Assembly (NCBI GenBank): GCA_050952645.1
Contig: JBMNLI010000009.1
Location: forward strand, 1,800 to 65,799
Direction: 5' to 3'
Source of the DNA: Bdellovibrionota bacterium
GTDB lineage: Bacteria; Bdellovibrionota_C; UBA2361; CAKMMH01
Length of the DNA stretch: 64,000 bases
The notes under the pieces were generated by a model, which was given only the letters and a program-made list of their open reading frames with translations, searched no databases and was not told the origin of the DNA. Shown here in pieces: positions 39,452 through 49,886 of the stretch (position 1 is the first letter of the stretch; every line of letters starts with the position of its first letter). The translations under genes and the position numbers were made by a program.

Positions 39452-41146
39452 GTGCATACAAAAATTGGCGACTTGCTACTACATAGCGGTTTAATTACCG
39501 AAAAACAGCTTGAAGATGAGATGAGCAACAACTCGTCTTCTATTAGCTTAGGTCTGAATTTTATAAAATCAGGGATTATCTCTGAAGAAAAATATCTAAA
39601 TACTTTAAGCTCGCAATTTGAAACTGAAATTATAAACTTAGACAATATTACTTTCGATGATGAAGTATTAAATCTTATTCCATATAATATTTATAAAAAA
39701 TATGGAGTTCTTCCAATTTCAAAAACTAACGACAGAATAACAGTAGCGATGGTAGACCCATCAAACATTGCAGCCCTAAACGATATTAAATTTATTACAG
39801 GACTAGAGGTTAATATAAAACTTGCATCTCCTGTAAAAATGAAAGCTACTCAAGAAAAATTATTCGATAAAAAAGTTTCTTATGAAAGCATTATAGACGA
39901 CCTAGAAGAAGAAAGCGTCGAGTATATAAAAGACGATGAAAATATAAATCTTTCTGAATTAGAAAAACAAACCGAGGATGCACCAGTAGTAAAGCTTGTA
40001 AATGCAGTGCTAACCGACGCCATAAAAAAAGGCGCATCAGATATCCACATAGAACCTTATGAGAAAGCGTTTAGAGTTCGATTTAGAATAGATGGAGTGC
40101 TTTATGAAATTATGAAGCTTCCTATAAATTTAAAAAATGCTATCACTTCGAGAATAAAAATTATGGCTAGTCTCGATATAGCGGAAAGACGACTTCCACA
40201 AGATGGAAGAATAAAACTAAAACTTCAAGAAAATAATAAAGAGATGGATTTTAGGGTAAACGTAGTGCCTACACTTTTTGGAGAAAAGGTTTGTTTAAGA
40301 TTATTAGACCCCGATAGCTTACAACTAGATATGACTAAACTAGGATTTACTGAAAATCAAATTTTAGATTTTAAAGATGCCATAAATAAACCTTTTGGAA
40401 TGGTTTTAGTAACTGGGCCTACTGGTTCAGGAAAAACTACCACTCTCTACTCTGCTCTTTCTGAGCTTAATCAAATAGGCTCTAACATTAGCACTGCGGA
40501 AGACCCCGTAGAGTTTAACCTTATGGGAATAAATCAATGTCAAATAAATGAAGATATAGGATTTGATTTTGCTAGCGCTCTAAGAGCTTTCTTAAGGCAA
40601 GACCCCGATATTATAATGGTAGGTGAAATAAGAGATTACGAAACTGCGCAAATAGCAATTAAGGCCTCTCTTACTGGGCACTTAGTGCTTTCTACACTTC
40701 ACACGAACGATGCCCCATCAACCATAAACAGGCTTATCGACATGGGAGTTGAACCTTTTTTAGTAGCCTCTTCGACTAATTTAATATTAGCACAAAGACT
40801 TGCAAGAAAAATTTGTTCTAACTGCAAAGTAGATGATAGTGAAATTACGAAAGATTTATTGCTCCGTGCGGGAGTTCCTAAGGAAGATATCGAAAACTTT
40901 TCTTGCAAGCGAGGTGTCGGTTGTGATGAATGCTCGGGAACGGGCTATAAAGGAAGAATAGCGCTCTATGAAGTAATGCCGATAAAAGAAGAAATTTCAG
41001 AACTTATTTTAAAAGGTGCAAATTCGGCAGAAATAAAAAAACTAGCAAAATCTTTAGGGATGTTAACGCTAAGAGATAGCGCTCTTTTAAGATTAAAGGA
41101 AGGGTTAACCTCATTTGAAGAGGTTGTCAGAGTTACTAGTTTATAG
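39452..41146 (+). CDS. GspE/PilB-family secretion ATPase (type IV pilus assembly or T2SS ATPase); GTG start
   Basis: 564 aa. N-terminal T2SSE_N-like domain, Walker A GPTGSGKTTTLYSAL, Asp/His boxes, tetracysteine motif CSNCK...CDECSGTGYKGR. Confidence 0.85.
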   Translation: MHTKIGDLLLHSGLITEKQLEDEMSNNSSSISLGLNFIKSGIISEEKYLNTLSSQFETEIINLDNITFDDEVLNLIPYNIYKKYGVLPISKTNDRITVAMVDPSNIAALNDIKFITGLEVNIKLASPVKMKATQEKLFDKKVSYESIIDDLEEESVEYIKDDENINLSELEKQTEDAPVVKLVNAVLTDAIKKGASDIHIEPYEKAFRVRFRIDGVLYEIMKLPINLKNAITSRIKIMASLDIAERRLPQDGRIKLKLQENNKEMDFRVNVVPTLFGEKVCLRLLDPDSLQLDMTKLGFTENQILDFKDAINKPFGMVLVTGPTGSGKTTTLYSALSELNQIGSNISTAEDPVEFNLMGINQCQINEDIGFDFASALRAFLRQDPDIIMVGEIRDYETAQIAIKASLTGHLVLSTLHTNDAPSTINRLIDMGVEPFLVASSTNLILAQRLARKICSNCKVDDSEITKDLLLRAGVPKEDIENFSCKRGVGCDECSGTGYKGRIALYEVMPIKEEISELILKGANSAEIKKLAKSLGMLTLRDSALLRLKEGLTSFEEVVRVTSL

Positions 41147-41163
41147 AAAGTTTAAAAAAATAT

Positions 41164-41973
41164 GGTTCTCACGTTTTGGGTGGGTTAGAAAAGTTGTTTT
41201 TGGGGGTTAGCTTAAAAGAAAATTGGCTTTTATAGAAAACTATCTATAGTTTAAAGAAAAATTACAACTATATTTAAAGTAATTTATTTTATGCAAATTT
41301 CTTTAAAGTCAATTTTCTTTTGGGCTTCGTCGAGGTGAGTGATACTAATTTTAAGGTATAAAATCACCTTTAAAAGTGAAGAACAAAAGTTGTTTTTGGG
41401 GGTTAGCTTAAAAGAAAATTGGCTTTTATAGAAAACTATCTATAGTTTAAAGAAAAATTACAACTATATTTAAAGTAATTTATTTTATGCAAATTTCTTT
41501 AAAGTCAATTTTCTTTTGGGCTTCGTCGTGGTGAGTGATACTAATTTTAAGGTATAAAATCACCTTTAAAAGTGAAGAACAAAAGTTGTTTTTGGGGGTT
41601 AGCTTAAAAGAAAATTGGCTTTTATAGAAAACTATCTATAGTTTAAAGAAAAATTACAACTATACTTAAAGTAATTTATTTTATGCAAATTTCTTTAAAG
41701 TCAATTTTCTTTTGGGCTTCGTCGAGGTGAGTGATACTAATTTTAAGGTATAAAATCACCTTTAAAAGTGAAGAACAAAAGTTGTTTTGGGGGGTTAGCT
41801 TAAAAGAAAATTGGCTTTTATAGAAAACTATCTATAGTTTAAAGAAAAATTACAACTATATTTAAAGTAATTTATTTTATGCAAATTTCTTTAAAGTCAA
41901 TTTTCTTTTGGGCTTCGTCGAGGTGAGTGATACTAATTTTAAGGTCTTTAACCCACTTAAAACATGAAGAGCC
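41164..41973 (+). mobile_element. MITE-like element (810 bp) whose 196-bp internal unit is tandemly amplified about 4 times
   Basis: Left end GGTTCTCACGTTTTGGGTGGG, right end CCACTTAAAACATGAAGAGCC. Flanks AAAAATAT / AAAAACAT (7/8). Unit copies start at 41193, 41389, 41585 and 41781. Confidence 0.75.
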
Positions 41974-42010
41974 AAAAACATTTTAAGAGTTTAAATTAAA
42001 GGAAAAAATT

Positions 42011-43231
42011 ATGCCTGTTTTTTTGTGGGAAGGAAGAGATGCAAAAGGAAATATAGTTTCTGGCGAACTTGAAGCTTTAGATAAAATTGCCGTTTTTAAT
42101 TTATTAAAAGCTAGAAATATAAACGTCAATACTTCTAAAATACAAGAAAAAGGAAAAGGAATGAATAAGGAAATAAAAATTCCTCTTCTAGCTCCTAAAA
42201 TCAAAGAAAAAGATATTTCAGTTTTTACTAGGCAACTTTCTACGATGATCGATGCTGGGCTTCCATTAGTTCAAGGGCTAGGTATCTTAGCAAAACAATC
42301 CTCAAATCCTGCATTTACGAGTATGATTGAAACCGTAAAAAATGAGGTCGAGTCTGGAAAAACATTTACAGAAAGTTTAAAGCTATTTCCTAAGCATTTC
42401 GATGCGCTTTATGTAAATATGATAGACGCTGGTGAGAACGGCGGTATTCTAGATGTAATCTTAGATCGTCTTTCAGTTCATATGGAAAAATCTATAAAAT
42501 TAAAACGTGAGGTAAAGACGGCTTTAATCTACCCTACCGTTGTAATAAGCGTAGCAGTGATAGTTACTGCCGTTTTACTAATTTTTGTTATTCCAACATT
42601 TGCTGAACTTTTCGAGGATTTTGGTGCAGAACTTCCAGCCCCTACGCAAATAGTAATAAATATATCAAATTTTTTCGTTGCCAACTTAGCGTTTATCGTA
42701 TTTGGATTTCTAGGCTTGATTATAGGATTTTTTAAATTTTCAAAAACGGAACGTGGGCAAAATGTTTTACACCCTATTTATTTAAAACTTCCTGTGTTTG
42801 GAGATTTAATAAAAAAAGTAGCGGTAGCTAGATTTACAAGAACGCTCGGAACGATGCTTTCATCTGGCGTGCCTATTTTAACCGCATTAAATATTTGTTC
42901 AAGAACTGCTGGAAATAAAGTAGTAGAGCATGAAGTGCAAAAAGCTCGTTTCGCAATCTCGGAAGGAAAGCAGATGGAGGCTACACTTAGCGAGTCGAGC
43001 GTTTTTCCACCGATGGTAACTCAAATGATAGGTGTAGGTGAAACTAGTGGAGCGCTAGATCAAATGCTAAATAAAGTTGCCGATTTTTATGAAGAAGAAG
43101 TTGAAAATGCCGTAGGAGCTTTAAAGCAACTAATCGAACCTATAATGATTTTATTTCTAGGAGTCGTTATAGGGGGACTAGTTATTGCTATGTATCTACC
43201 TATATTTAAACTTGGGGCTATTACAGGGTAA
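42011..43231 (+). CDS. GspF/PilC-family inner-membrane platform protein
   Basis: 406 aa, two T2SSF domains and three TM segments. Downstream of the GspE/PilB-like gene. Confidence 0.85.
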   Translation: MPVFLWEGRDAKGNIVSGELEALDKIAVFNLLKARNINVNTSKIQEKGKGMNKEIKIPLLAPKIKEKDISVFTRQLSTMIDAGLPLVQGLGILAKQSSNPAFTSMIETVKNEVESGKTFTESLKLFPKHFDALYVNMIDAGENGGILDVILDRLSVHMEKSIKLKREVKTALIYPTVVISVAVIVTAVLLIFVIPTFAELFEDFGAELPAPTQIVINISNFFVANLAFIVFGFLGLIIGFFKFSKTERGQNVLHPIYLKLPVFGDLIKKVAVARFTRTLGTMLSSGVPILTALNICSRTAGNKVVEHEVQKARFAISEGKQMEATLSESSVFPPMVTQMIGVGETSGALDQMLNKVADFYEEEVENAVGALKQLIEPIMILFLGVVIGGLVIAMYLPIFKLGAITG

Positions 43232-43291
43232 AATCACAAGGTTAAAGTTATAAGGTTAAATCATAAGGACAAATTGACTTTTTGTTTTTTC

Positions 43292-45214
43292 TTAACTTTC
43301 CAAAATCTCTTTTATATCTAAAGGTATATCTAAAGGTTTTGTAATTATTTTTTTTACTCCATATTTTTTATATTCATCGATATCTATATTAGTTTTTCCA
43401 GTAAGGATAAATACATCTACACTTATCTTCTTTTCTTTTAAAAACTCTAGTAAAGTATCTACCCTTTCTTTTCCTATATAATAATCGCTTATAATTAAAT
43501 CCACACTATTTGATAACAAAAACTTTTTAGCATCTTTTATATTAAAAAAACTTTGAACTAAAAAATCGTAAGCCTCTAATAACCTTTTAGTGCTTTCTAA
43601 CAACTCTTTATCATCATCTATAAGCACTATCTTTTTTGCTTTTTTATCTTCTATAGCAAGTTTATTTATACCACTTACCTTTTCTTTAATAAAAGGCATT
43701 TTAAGTGTAAACTCACTTCCTTTATTTTCAGTAGAAACCACGGATACCGTTATATCGTTTAAATCTGAAAAAGCTTTAACCATAAAAAGCCCGAGACCGT
43801 AGCCATCTAAATGTTCAGCGTTCTCTCCTCTTTTAAACGAAGAGAATATTTCTTGCAAATTTTCTTTCTTTATTCCTATTCCAGTATCTGAAATTTTTAT
43901 AACTATATTATTTTTTGCGTTCGTGCACTCTATATCGATATGTCCTTTTTCAGTATACTTAATAGCATTAGAGATTATATTATTTATAATCTTTTTAAAC
44001 TGCCTTTTATCTGCGTATATAATTTTATTTTTAAGGTTATCTTTAAAATTTATTTTCAAATTCTTTTCACTAGCTCTTAAATAAAAATTATTAACGGCAT
44101 ACTTAAGTTCATCACTAACATTTACGTTTTCTTTAAAAACTTTTAAATCCGAATTTTTATACTTTGAAAAATCTAGCAAGTCTTCTAATAAAAGCGAAAT
44201 AGAATCGCAATTATTTAGCGCTATCTCTATAAATTCTTTTTTATTTTCTTCATCAGAATTTATCTCTAATAATTTTAACACTGCTACTAGGTTTGCAAGA
44301 GGTGAGCGTAAATCGTGAGATACAAACTCTAAGTATTCACTCTTTTTTATCGCTTCTTTAGTCTTTTTTTCAATTTCATTCTTAGCACTTTTTAATTTTA
44401 GATACGTTTCATACTGGTTTCCTATTTCATAAGATAAATTATTAAATAAATTTTCCTCTTTTAAAAAACTTATATCATCTCCAGAAATACCAAACCATAA
44501 ATATATTATAGTATTACTATCATTTGAAAATTTTATTTTTTTTATAATCGCTCTTTGGTATCCAAAAAGTGATAAATCTTCTAAAACGTTAGAAACGTTA
44601 TAATAACTTACAACGCCTTCTTTTATCTCCTTTTCGTTTGCTATACAATTTAAAAACATTTGTTTTAAAAACATTGAAACGTGTTTATTAGATGAAAGCG
44701 AACTTAGAGAAAAACAATTACCACTTTCTTTATCGTAATAAAATAAAACTATCGCATTTTTTTGGTAAAACCCAGAAAGTATATTTAGTATATTTTGAAA
44801 AAAACTTTGTTCATCTATTTCAGGATTGATATCCATTTTTTTAAGAAAATTTATAGGATTGTTTAAATCTTCATTCTTATAATCTTCACTATCTTTTTTT
44901 AACAAAAAAACTTTTCTCTCTAAAAACAAAAGATACTCATTTAATGTTTTTCCAATTGGAGTGCTATATTTAACGTCTTCTTTTTTTCTTGTAAAAGTAT
45001 TTATAGTTTTTATAAAGTTAGCAAATTGTTTTTTAAACTTACCTATATCATCAAAGCAAAGTAAAATTACTACTAAAAGCGTATATAATACAAAGGCTAT
45101 TAAAAATAAGATTTCACTCTTACTAGCTAAATGTATATTTACTAAATATAAAAGATACGTAATTAAAATGCCTATTAGCACGGTAAATAATTTTATTTTT
45201 GTTATAAATTTCAT
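43292..45214 (-). CDS. hybrid sensor histidine kinase / response regulator
   Basis: 640 aa. Two N-terminal TM helices, HisKA H-box FVSHDLRSPL, HATPase_c (DTGIGIKKENL...GYGLGLFMVKAF), C-terminal receiver (KIVLIDDD...DLIISDYYIG...ILTGK). Confidence 0.8.
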   Translation of the reverse strand: MKFITKIKLFTVLIGILITYLLYLVNIHLASKSEILFLIAFVLYTLLVVILLCFDDIGKFKKQFANFIKTINTFTRKKEDVKYSTPIGKTLNEYLLFLERKVFLLKKDSEDYKNEDLNNPINFLKKMDINPEIDEQSFFQNILNILSGFYQKNAIVLFYYDKESGNCFSLSSLSSNKHVSMFLKQMFLNCIANEKEIKEGVVSYYNVSNVLEDLSLFGYQRAIIKKIKFSNDSNTIIYLWFGISGDDISFLKEENLFNNLSYEIGNQYETYLKLKSAKNEIEKKTKEAIKKSEYLEFVSHDLRSPLANLVAVLKLLEINSDEENKKEFIEIALNNCDSISLLLEDLLDFSKYKNSDLKVFKENVNVSDELKYAVNNFYLRASEKNLKINFKDNLKNKIIYADKRQFKKIINNIISNAIKYTEKGHIDIECTNAKNNIVIKISDTGIGIKKENLQEIFSSFKRGENAEHLDGYGLGLFMVKAFSDLNDITVSVVSTENKGSEFTLKMPFIKEKVSGINKLAIEDKKAKKIVLIDDDKELLESTKRLLEAYDFLVQSFFNIKDAKKFLLSNSVDLIISDYYIGKERVDTLLEFLKEKKISVDVFILTGKTNIDIDEYKKYGVKKIITKPLDIPLDIKEILES

Positions 45215-45226
45215 ATAAAATATTTC

Positions 45227-46330
45227 CTAACTTAAAAAGTTTTTTACTATATCTTGTAAATATTCTAAAGAAAAATCGTTTTCTATATAATAGTCAACCC
45301 CGTAAAGATATGCTTCTATTTCATTTATATTTTCATTTGCAATTAAAATACTACGCATTTTTTTATTATTTGATTTAAAAACTTTCTCTTCGTTTTTTAA
45401 TGTTTCTTTATCTAAAGATATGATTAGCACTTTAAATTTATAATTTTTATAATCATTAAATAAATCGAAAAAACTTTCATAGTTTCTCACGAATATATTA
45501 CTATTCTTAAACGCATTAAAAACTTTTTCTCTTAACTTTTCATCTTTTGAAACTAACGCAATATTATTAGTGCTAGCTAAAACTTTTTTAGGAATTGCCC
45601 AGCTCAGCATTATAACGTTTCCTAAATTATTTAATTTTATCTTCCGAACTTTAAAAAAGTTATCTTTTTTTATTTTATAAAAAAAATTACTCTCTAAATT
45701 TAGCCAAAACTCGCTTAAATCTTGATTGATAATATTTCCTTTCTTCCACTCTTTAGCTTTATCTTGGTAACTATAAAAAACCTTATTTTGAGCATACTCG
45801 AAAACTAGCCTAGAAATATGTTTTTCTTCACACTCTATAATTAAAGCTTTTAATGTCTTTAAAAAAACATCACTTGCGCCATCTTTTTTATTTTCACCGC
45901 TTTCAAGTAGTGATAAAAATTCTGTTATATCATTTCCTAGCGTTAAATAAATTTTAACATTTTCATCTATATTAAATTTTTCAAATATCAAAAAAGGGTT
46001 TGATGATATTATTGCTATCAACTTAAACTCATTTATTATTGGACAAAAACCGTATTTTTTTAACACATCAAAGTTTTTAATATTTTTTTTTATCTCTTTA
46101 ATATTTAAATCGTTAAGTCCTATTTTATAATCGATATTAGTAAGAGTTTTAATATTTTCAAAAAACTCTATCTTATTTAGATTAAAAGAGTTTATAAAAA
46201 AATCTAAATAATATCTTTTATCTATCTTATAATTAAATAGACTATCTTTATAATACACTCGGTATAAATTTTTTATTAAACCTTTTAAAGATGTAATTCC
46301 ACATTTTTTTAGTTTTACAAAGTTTTTCAT
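45227..46330 (-). CDS. hypothetical cytoplasmic protein inside the tad cluster, possibly with a degenerate receiver-like C-terminal domain
   Basis: 367 aa, no signal peptide or TM helix. C-terminal KVLIISLD...ILIANENINEIEAYLYGVDYYI loosely resembles a REC fold without the canonical acidic pocket. Weak call. Confidence 0.4.
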   Translation of the reverse strand: MKNFVKLKKCGITSLKGLIKNLYRVYYKDSLFNYKIDKRYYLDFFINSFNLNKIEFFENIKTLTNIDYKIGLNDLNIKEIKKNIKNFDVLKKYGFCPIINEFKLIAIISSNPFLIFEKFNIDENVKIYLTLGNDITEFLSLLESGENKKDGASDVFLKTLKALIIECEEKHISRLVFEYAQNKVFYSYQDKAKEWKKGNIINQDLSEFWLNLESNFFYKIKKDNFFKVRKIKLNNLGNVIMLSWAIPKKVLASTNNIALVSKDEKLREKVFNAFKNSNIFVRNYESFFDLFNDYKNYKFKVLIISLDKETLKNEEKVFKSNNKKMRSILIANENINEIEAYLYGVDYYIENDFSLEYLQDIVKNFLS

Positions 46331-46333
46331 TTT

Positions 46334-46840
46334 CTAAAATTCATAAGTTACTAATATTTGCTTAGTTTTAATAATATCATTTGGCATTAGATTTAAAAAA
46401 TCACCGCCCATTCTTGCGCATTCTTTGAAATTCATTTCACTTTTTAAAGTTATAAAATACTGCGGAATGTTTCTTTTAACTAAAGTGTCTTCATAATTTT
46501 TAGTGCTTTTAATTAACTTAAAATCGTACTTAATTTCGCAGTGATTATTTTCTCTAAGCTTCCTTAGCTTATCATTTATTAAATTTTTAATATTATCTTT
46601 ACTTTCTTTTATTACTGTAAAATTCTCATCAAGTTTTAAAACGAACTCTTTTCTATTACCGAACGCATTATCTACCTTTTCTTCTAATAAATAGCTAAGC
46701 CTATAATACTCCATAATACCTAACACGTTATAAATAAAAGGAAGTAAAACTGCCATTGCAACGCAAAACTCTAGCAAAGATAAGCCTTTGTTAAATCTAC
46801 AAAAAGATAAGAGAAAACGTTTATTTTTCTTTATCGCCAT
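46334..46840 (-). CDS. TadE/TadF-like minor pseudopilin
   Basis: 168 aa. N-terminal GLSLLEFCVAMAVLLPFIYNVLGIMEY matches the Flp/TadE-type prepilin G/xxxxE(F/Y) motif plus one TM helix. Overlaps the upstream gene by 10 nt. Confidence 0.55.
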   Translation of the reverse strand: MAIKKNKRFLLSFCRFNKGLSLLEFCVAMAVLLPFIYNVLGIMEYYRLSYLLEEKVDNAFGNRKEFVLKLDENFTVIKESKDNIKNLINDKLRKLRENNHCEIKYDFKLIKSTKNYEDTLVKRNIPQYFITLKSEMNFKECARMGGDFLNLMPNDIIKTKQILVTYEF

Positions 46841-48222
46841 ATAGAACCTTCCTTTTTATTTAACCAAATAAAATCTCTAATATCATCGGATAATTTTTCA
46901 CTAGAGTTTTGATGTAATAAAAAAAGCTTTATCGTTTTATCTTTTTTATTATATCTTTTAATAAAGGTTTTATGTTTAGAAATAGAGGCACTACTTAAGC
47001 CTGGCACTTTATTAGTTTGAAATAAAACGTAAATAATATTTAATTTAAAGTTTACTCCTTTTAAGATCTCATCTAAACCATCTAGCGAGGTTTCTATGGC
47101 GGTTAAATCAAAAGTATGAAGATTAGAAGAAAAAATAAATAAGTTTTTATTTAAATCTTCTGAAAGAGTATTCCTATCTGCTCTCCCCTTAGCACTAATT
47201 AAAGTTCTTCCTGCACTTTCTAATACATTTATAAAATTAGCTTTATATCCTTTATGAACTGGTGTTGACCAAATGGAGGTTAGCACGCTTGCTTTACCAT
47301 CTTCAACACTATTATTTTCTAAATTATTTATAATTTTATAATCATCTCTTACTAAAGGAAACCGATATCTTATCTCTTGCAACTCATTTAGAGCAGCATT
47401 AAAACAGTCTAAACTTTTAAAGCCATCGTCTGACGTATAATATAAAAACTTTGCCTCATTATTTAAAAAAGAAGCTGCACTGATATTTTTTATATACTCT
47501 ATATCTCTCTTATAACTTCCTCCTGGAAAAACTCCTACACCTACCGAGTTTAAGTGAGTGCTACCGTAAAAATTATAAGTATCTATTAGTATATTTTTTA
47601 ATGGGGAAAATACTTCATTAAAACATTGCTGTGTATAATATCTAGGGCTACTAGTAAACTTATCATCGTTTTGTTCAAAATACATAGCGCTTGGTGCCTC
47701 TCCTACGCTTCCCCATAATTTTTTTTTATCATTTGGTGAGTTATATAAGTTTCTATCTAGTAAAAGTAGCACATCACTTACACTAGGGGTTGCATAAGAA
47801 AAAGCATTTAGTGGGTACGATATAATAGTTTTTTTATTACTACCTTTTTCATTACTACCTATAAAAAACTTAGTAAGGTTTGAAAACAACAGCTCGTAGT
47901 TTCTTTTATAAGATATTCTTATTCCAGTATCATCGGCGATAATTTCTAAACTATCATCTTCTAATCCTTGATTTAAAAGATAGCTTCTCGTTATATTTAA
48001 TGCATAATCTTTATATGGATAAAATTTAACGCCTTGCAAACTAGCTTCATCTAAAATTTTTTGCACGCTTCTTTTTGCAGTATACAAAGAAGCAACATCG
48101 AATGTAATCATAAGTAAGAATGATAAGGTAGGAATAACAAATAAAACAAAGAAAATTAGAGTGCTTCCATTTTGATTATAAGTTTGATTATATCTTTGAT
48201 TATTAAATAATTTATTTATCAT
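46831..48222 (-). CDS. TadG-like pilus assembly protein (TadE-like N-terminal TM plus large periplasmic domain)
   Basis: 463 aa. N-terminal GSTLIFFVLFVIPTLSFLLMITFDVASLY resembles the TadE/TadG signature. Confidence 0.5.
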   Translation of the reverse strand: MINKLFNNQRYNQTYNQNGSTLIFFVLFVIPTLSFLLMITFDVASLYTAKRSVQKILDEASLQGVKFYPYKDYALNITRSYLLNQGLEDDSLEIIADDTGIRISYKRNYELLFSNLTKFFIGSNEKGSNKKTIISYPLNAFSYATPSVSDVLLLLDRNLYNSPNDKKKLWGSVGEAPSAMYFEQNDDKFTSSPRYYTQQCFNEVFSPLKNILIDTYNFYGSTHLNSVGVGVFPGGSYKRDIEYIKNISAASFLNNEAKFLYYTSDDGFKSLDCFNAALNELQEIRYRFPLVRDDYKIINNLENNSVEDGKASVLTSIWSTPVHKGYKANFINVLESAGRTLISAKGRADRNTLSEDLNKNLFIFSSNLHTFDLTAIETSLDGLDEILKGVNFKLNIIYVLFQTNKVPGLSSASISKHKTFIKRYNKKDKTIKLFLLHQNSSEKLSDDIRDFIWLNKKEGSIWR

Positions 48223-48235
48223 ATTTTTACATTTC

Positions 48236-49033
48236 CTATTTTGGCATACTTTCCATAGTCATTATTTGAGTTAAAGGAACCGATAAGAAAAATATAATAA
48301 GTCCAATAAATGCGCAAAGAAGCGGTAAGGTTGCTTTTACAGGCAAAACGGCGATTTCTTTTTCAACTAATTGTTGGTAGTACTCCTGCGTAGAATCGCT
48401 TAGCTCTTCCATAGGAGCTACTATTTCTCCCCCCTCTTTTTGAGCTATTCCAAGATGCAAAAAACCGTGTCTTATAGAAGTTAAATTTATAGAGTTAGCG
48501 ACTAACGCTAAACTATCTTCAAAGCTAATTCCAGACCTATTTTTTTTTAATACCATATCTAAAAGTTTAGTTACGGGGTCTAGGGAGCCATTTTTTTTAC
48601 TTAACTCTACTACTATATTTACTGCTGAATACACATCGTTTCCGCCTTGCACAGCCATTACTAAACGCTCCATTACTATAGGTAAATAAAAATCGTATTT
48701 TTTATATACGTTTTTTACTTCTCTATTAGCTAGTATTCTAATAAAAATATAAGAAAGCGAAATTGAAAAAACTAAAGCTATAATAAAATTAGTTAATGTT
48801 AAAGAAAAAAAGATCATTAAGATAGCAAAAATTATCAATGATAAAATTAAAAAAGTTATTTTTTGTTCTAATGTAAGTTTTATATTTTTTTCTTTTTCTT
48901 CTTTATCTTCTTGTTCTTTAGAAATTTCATCACTACTAATCGAATAGTATTTTTCAAGCTGGTCATAAGAAAAGGTATTATATAAATAACATACAATAAG
49001 AAATATTAGTAATGCTATCAATGTGTAAATCAT
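48236..49033 (-). CDS. tadC: Tad pilus inner-membrane platform protein TadC
   Basis: 265 aa, T2SSF-like single domain, three TM segments. 4-nt overlap (ATGA) with tadB. Confidence 0.65.
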   Translation of the reverse strand: MIYTLIALLIFLIVCYLYNTFSYDQLEKYYSISSDEISKEQEDKEEKEKNIKLTLEQKITFLILSLIIFAILMIFFSLTLTNFIIALVFSISLSYIFIRILANREVKNVYKKYDFYLPIVMERLVMAVQGGNDVYSAVNIVVELSKKNGSLDPVTKLLDMVLKKNRSGISFEDSLALVANSINLTSIRHGFLHLGIAQKEGGEIVAPMEELSDSTQEYYQQLVEKEIAVLPVKATLPLLCAFIGLIIFFLSVPLTQIMTMESMPK

Positions 49034-49863
49034 ATTTTACCCCTTGCAAGATAAAGCATCCACGCTATACCAATAAATACTAAGACTGTGCCTAAAGCCA
49101 TAAGCCTTATTCCTAAAGGCGTAGAAATAGCATTAAAAAAATGCTCTCTATTCATTATCATTTGAATAAACGCTATAAAAACGCCACTACCTAAAATACC
49201 GAATGCTGAAACTTTTTGCATAGCGATAGCAGATTGAGTTTTTCTTCTAAATGATTGCCTTTGCCGAGTAACTTTAGTTAAACGTCTTAGAGGTTTATAT
49301 AGCCCACTTCCCTCTTTTCTAGAAAGGATAAATGCTACTTTAAATAAATCTATATCGGGGTGTTTTATATCTTTTGCAAAATTATTTATCGCTTCCTCTT
49401 CAGACATTCCCTCTTGAATATCTAGTAAAACATCTAGTAATTTTTCTTTTAATATACTCGTTTCTAAAAAAAGATCTTTTACTATTAAAAGCGCCTGCAA
49501 TGGGTCTTTTCCGCTTTTAACGCAAGATGCTAAGGAAATTAAAAATGCTGGGTAATCTTCTTCAAAATTTTTAGCACGTAAGATAACTTTTTTATTTAAC
49601 AAAAAATATTCTATTATTAAATATGCAATTACTAGAAATAATGAAATGTAAAATTTAAAAAAGAAGATAGAAATAAAAAAAATACATACAGATAAAATAA
49701 TACATCTTAAAATTAATTTTTGTTTTTCCTTTTCGTTAATTCCAGCGTAATAAAAAATATCATCTAGACTATTTTTAGTATCTCTAGAAGATTTTCTATT
49801 GATACCAAAAAATCCAGTGCTTAATAATTTTAATCTTTTTATATCACTTTTAAATCTCTTCAT
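49030..49863 (-). CDS. tadB: Tad pilus inner-membrane platform protein TadB
   Basis: 277 aa, T2SSF-like single domain. Lies between tadA and tadC. Confidence 0.65.
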   Translation of the reverse strand: MKRFKSDIKRLKLLSTGFFGINRKSSRDTKNSLDDIFYYAGINEKEKQKLILRCIILSVCIFFISIFFFKFYISLFLVIAYLIIEYFLLNKKVILRAKNFEEDYPAFLISLASCVKSGKDPLQALLIVKDLFLETSILKEKLLDVLLDIQEGMSEEEAINNFAKDIKHPDIDLFKVAFILSRKEGSGLYKPLRRLTKVTRQRQSFRRKTQSAIAMQKVSAFGILGSGVFIAFIQMIMNREHFFNAISTPLGIRLMALGTVLVFIGIAWMLYLARGKI

Positions 49864-49886
49864 ATATTTTTTTTATATTTTTTTAT

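Noticed and set aside
41164-41973. 196-bp tandem array as a CRISPR array
   Set aside because: Units are about 196 bp and nearly identical end-to-end, with no short repeat/unique spacer alternation and no cas genes. They are internal duplications of the MITE core.
42011-43231. Calling the 39452/42011 pair a complete type II secretion system
   Set aside because: Only the ATPase and platform are present. No GspD secretin, GspC or GspG-K pseudopilins nearby. PilB/PilC versus GspE/GspF cannot be resolved without phylogeny, so the pair is left as family-level calls.
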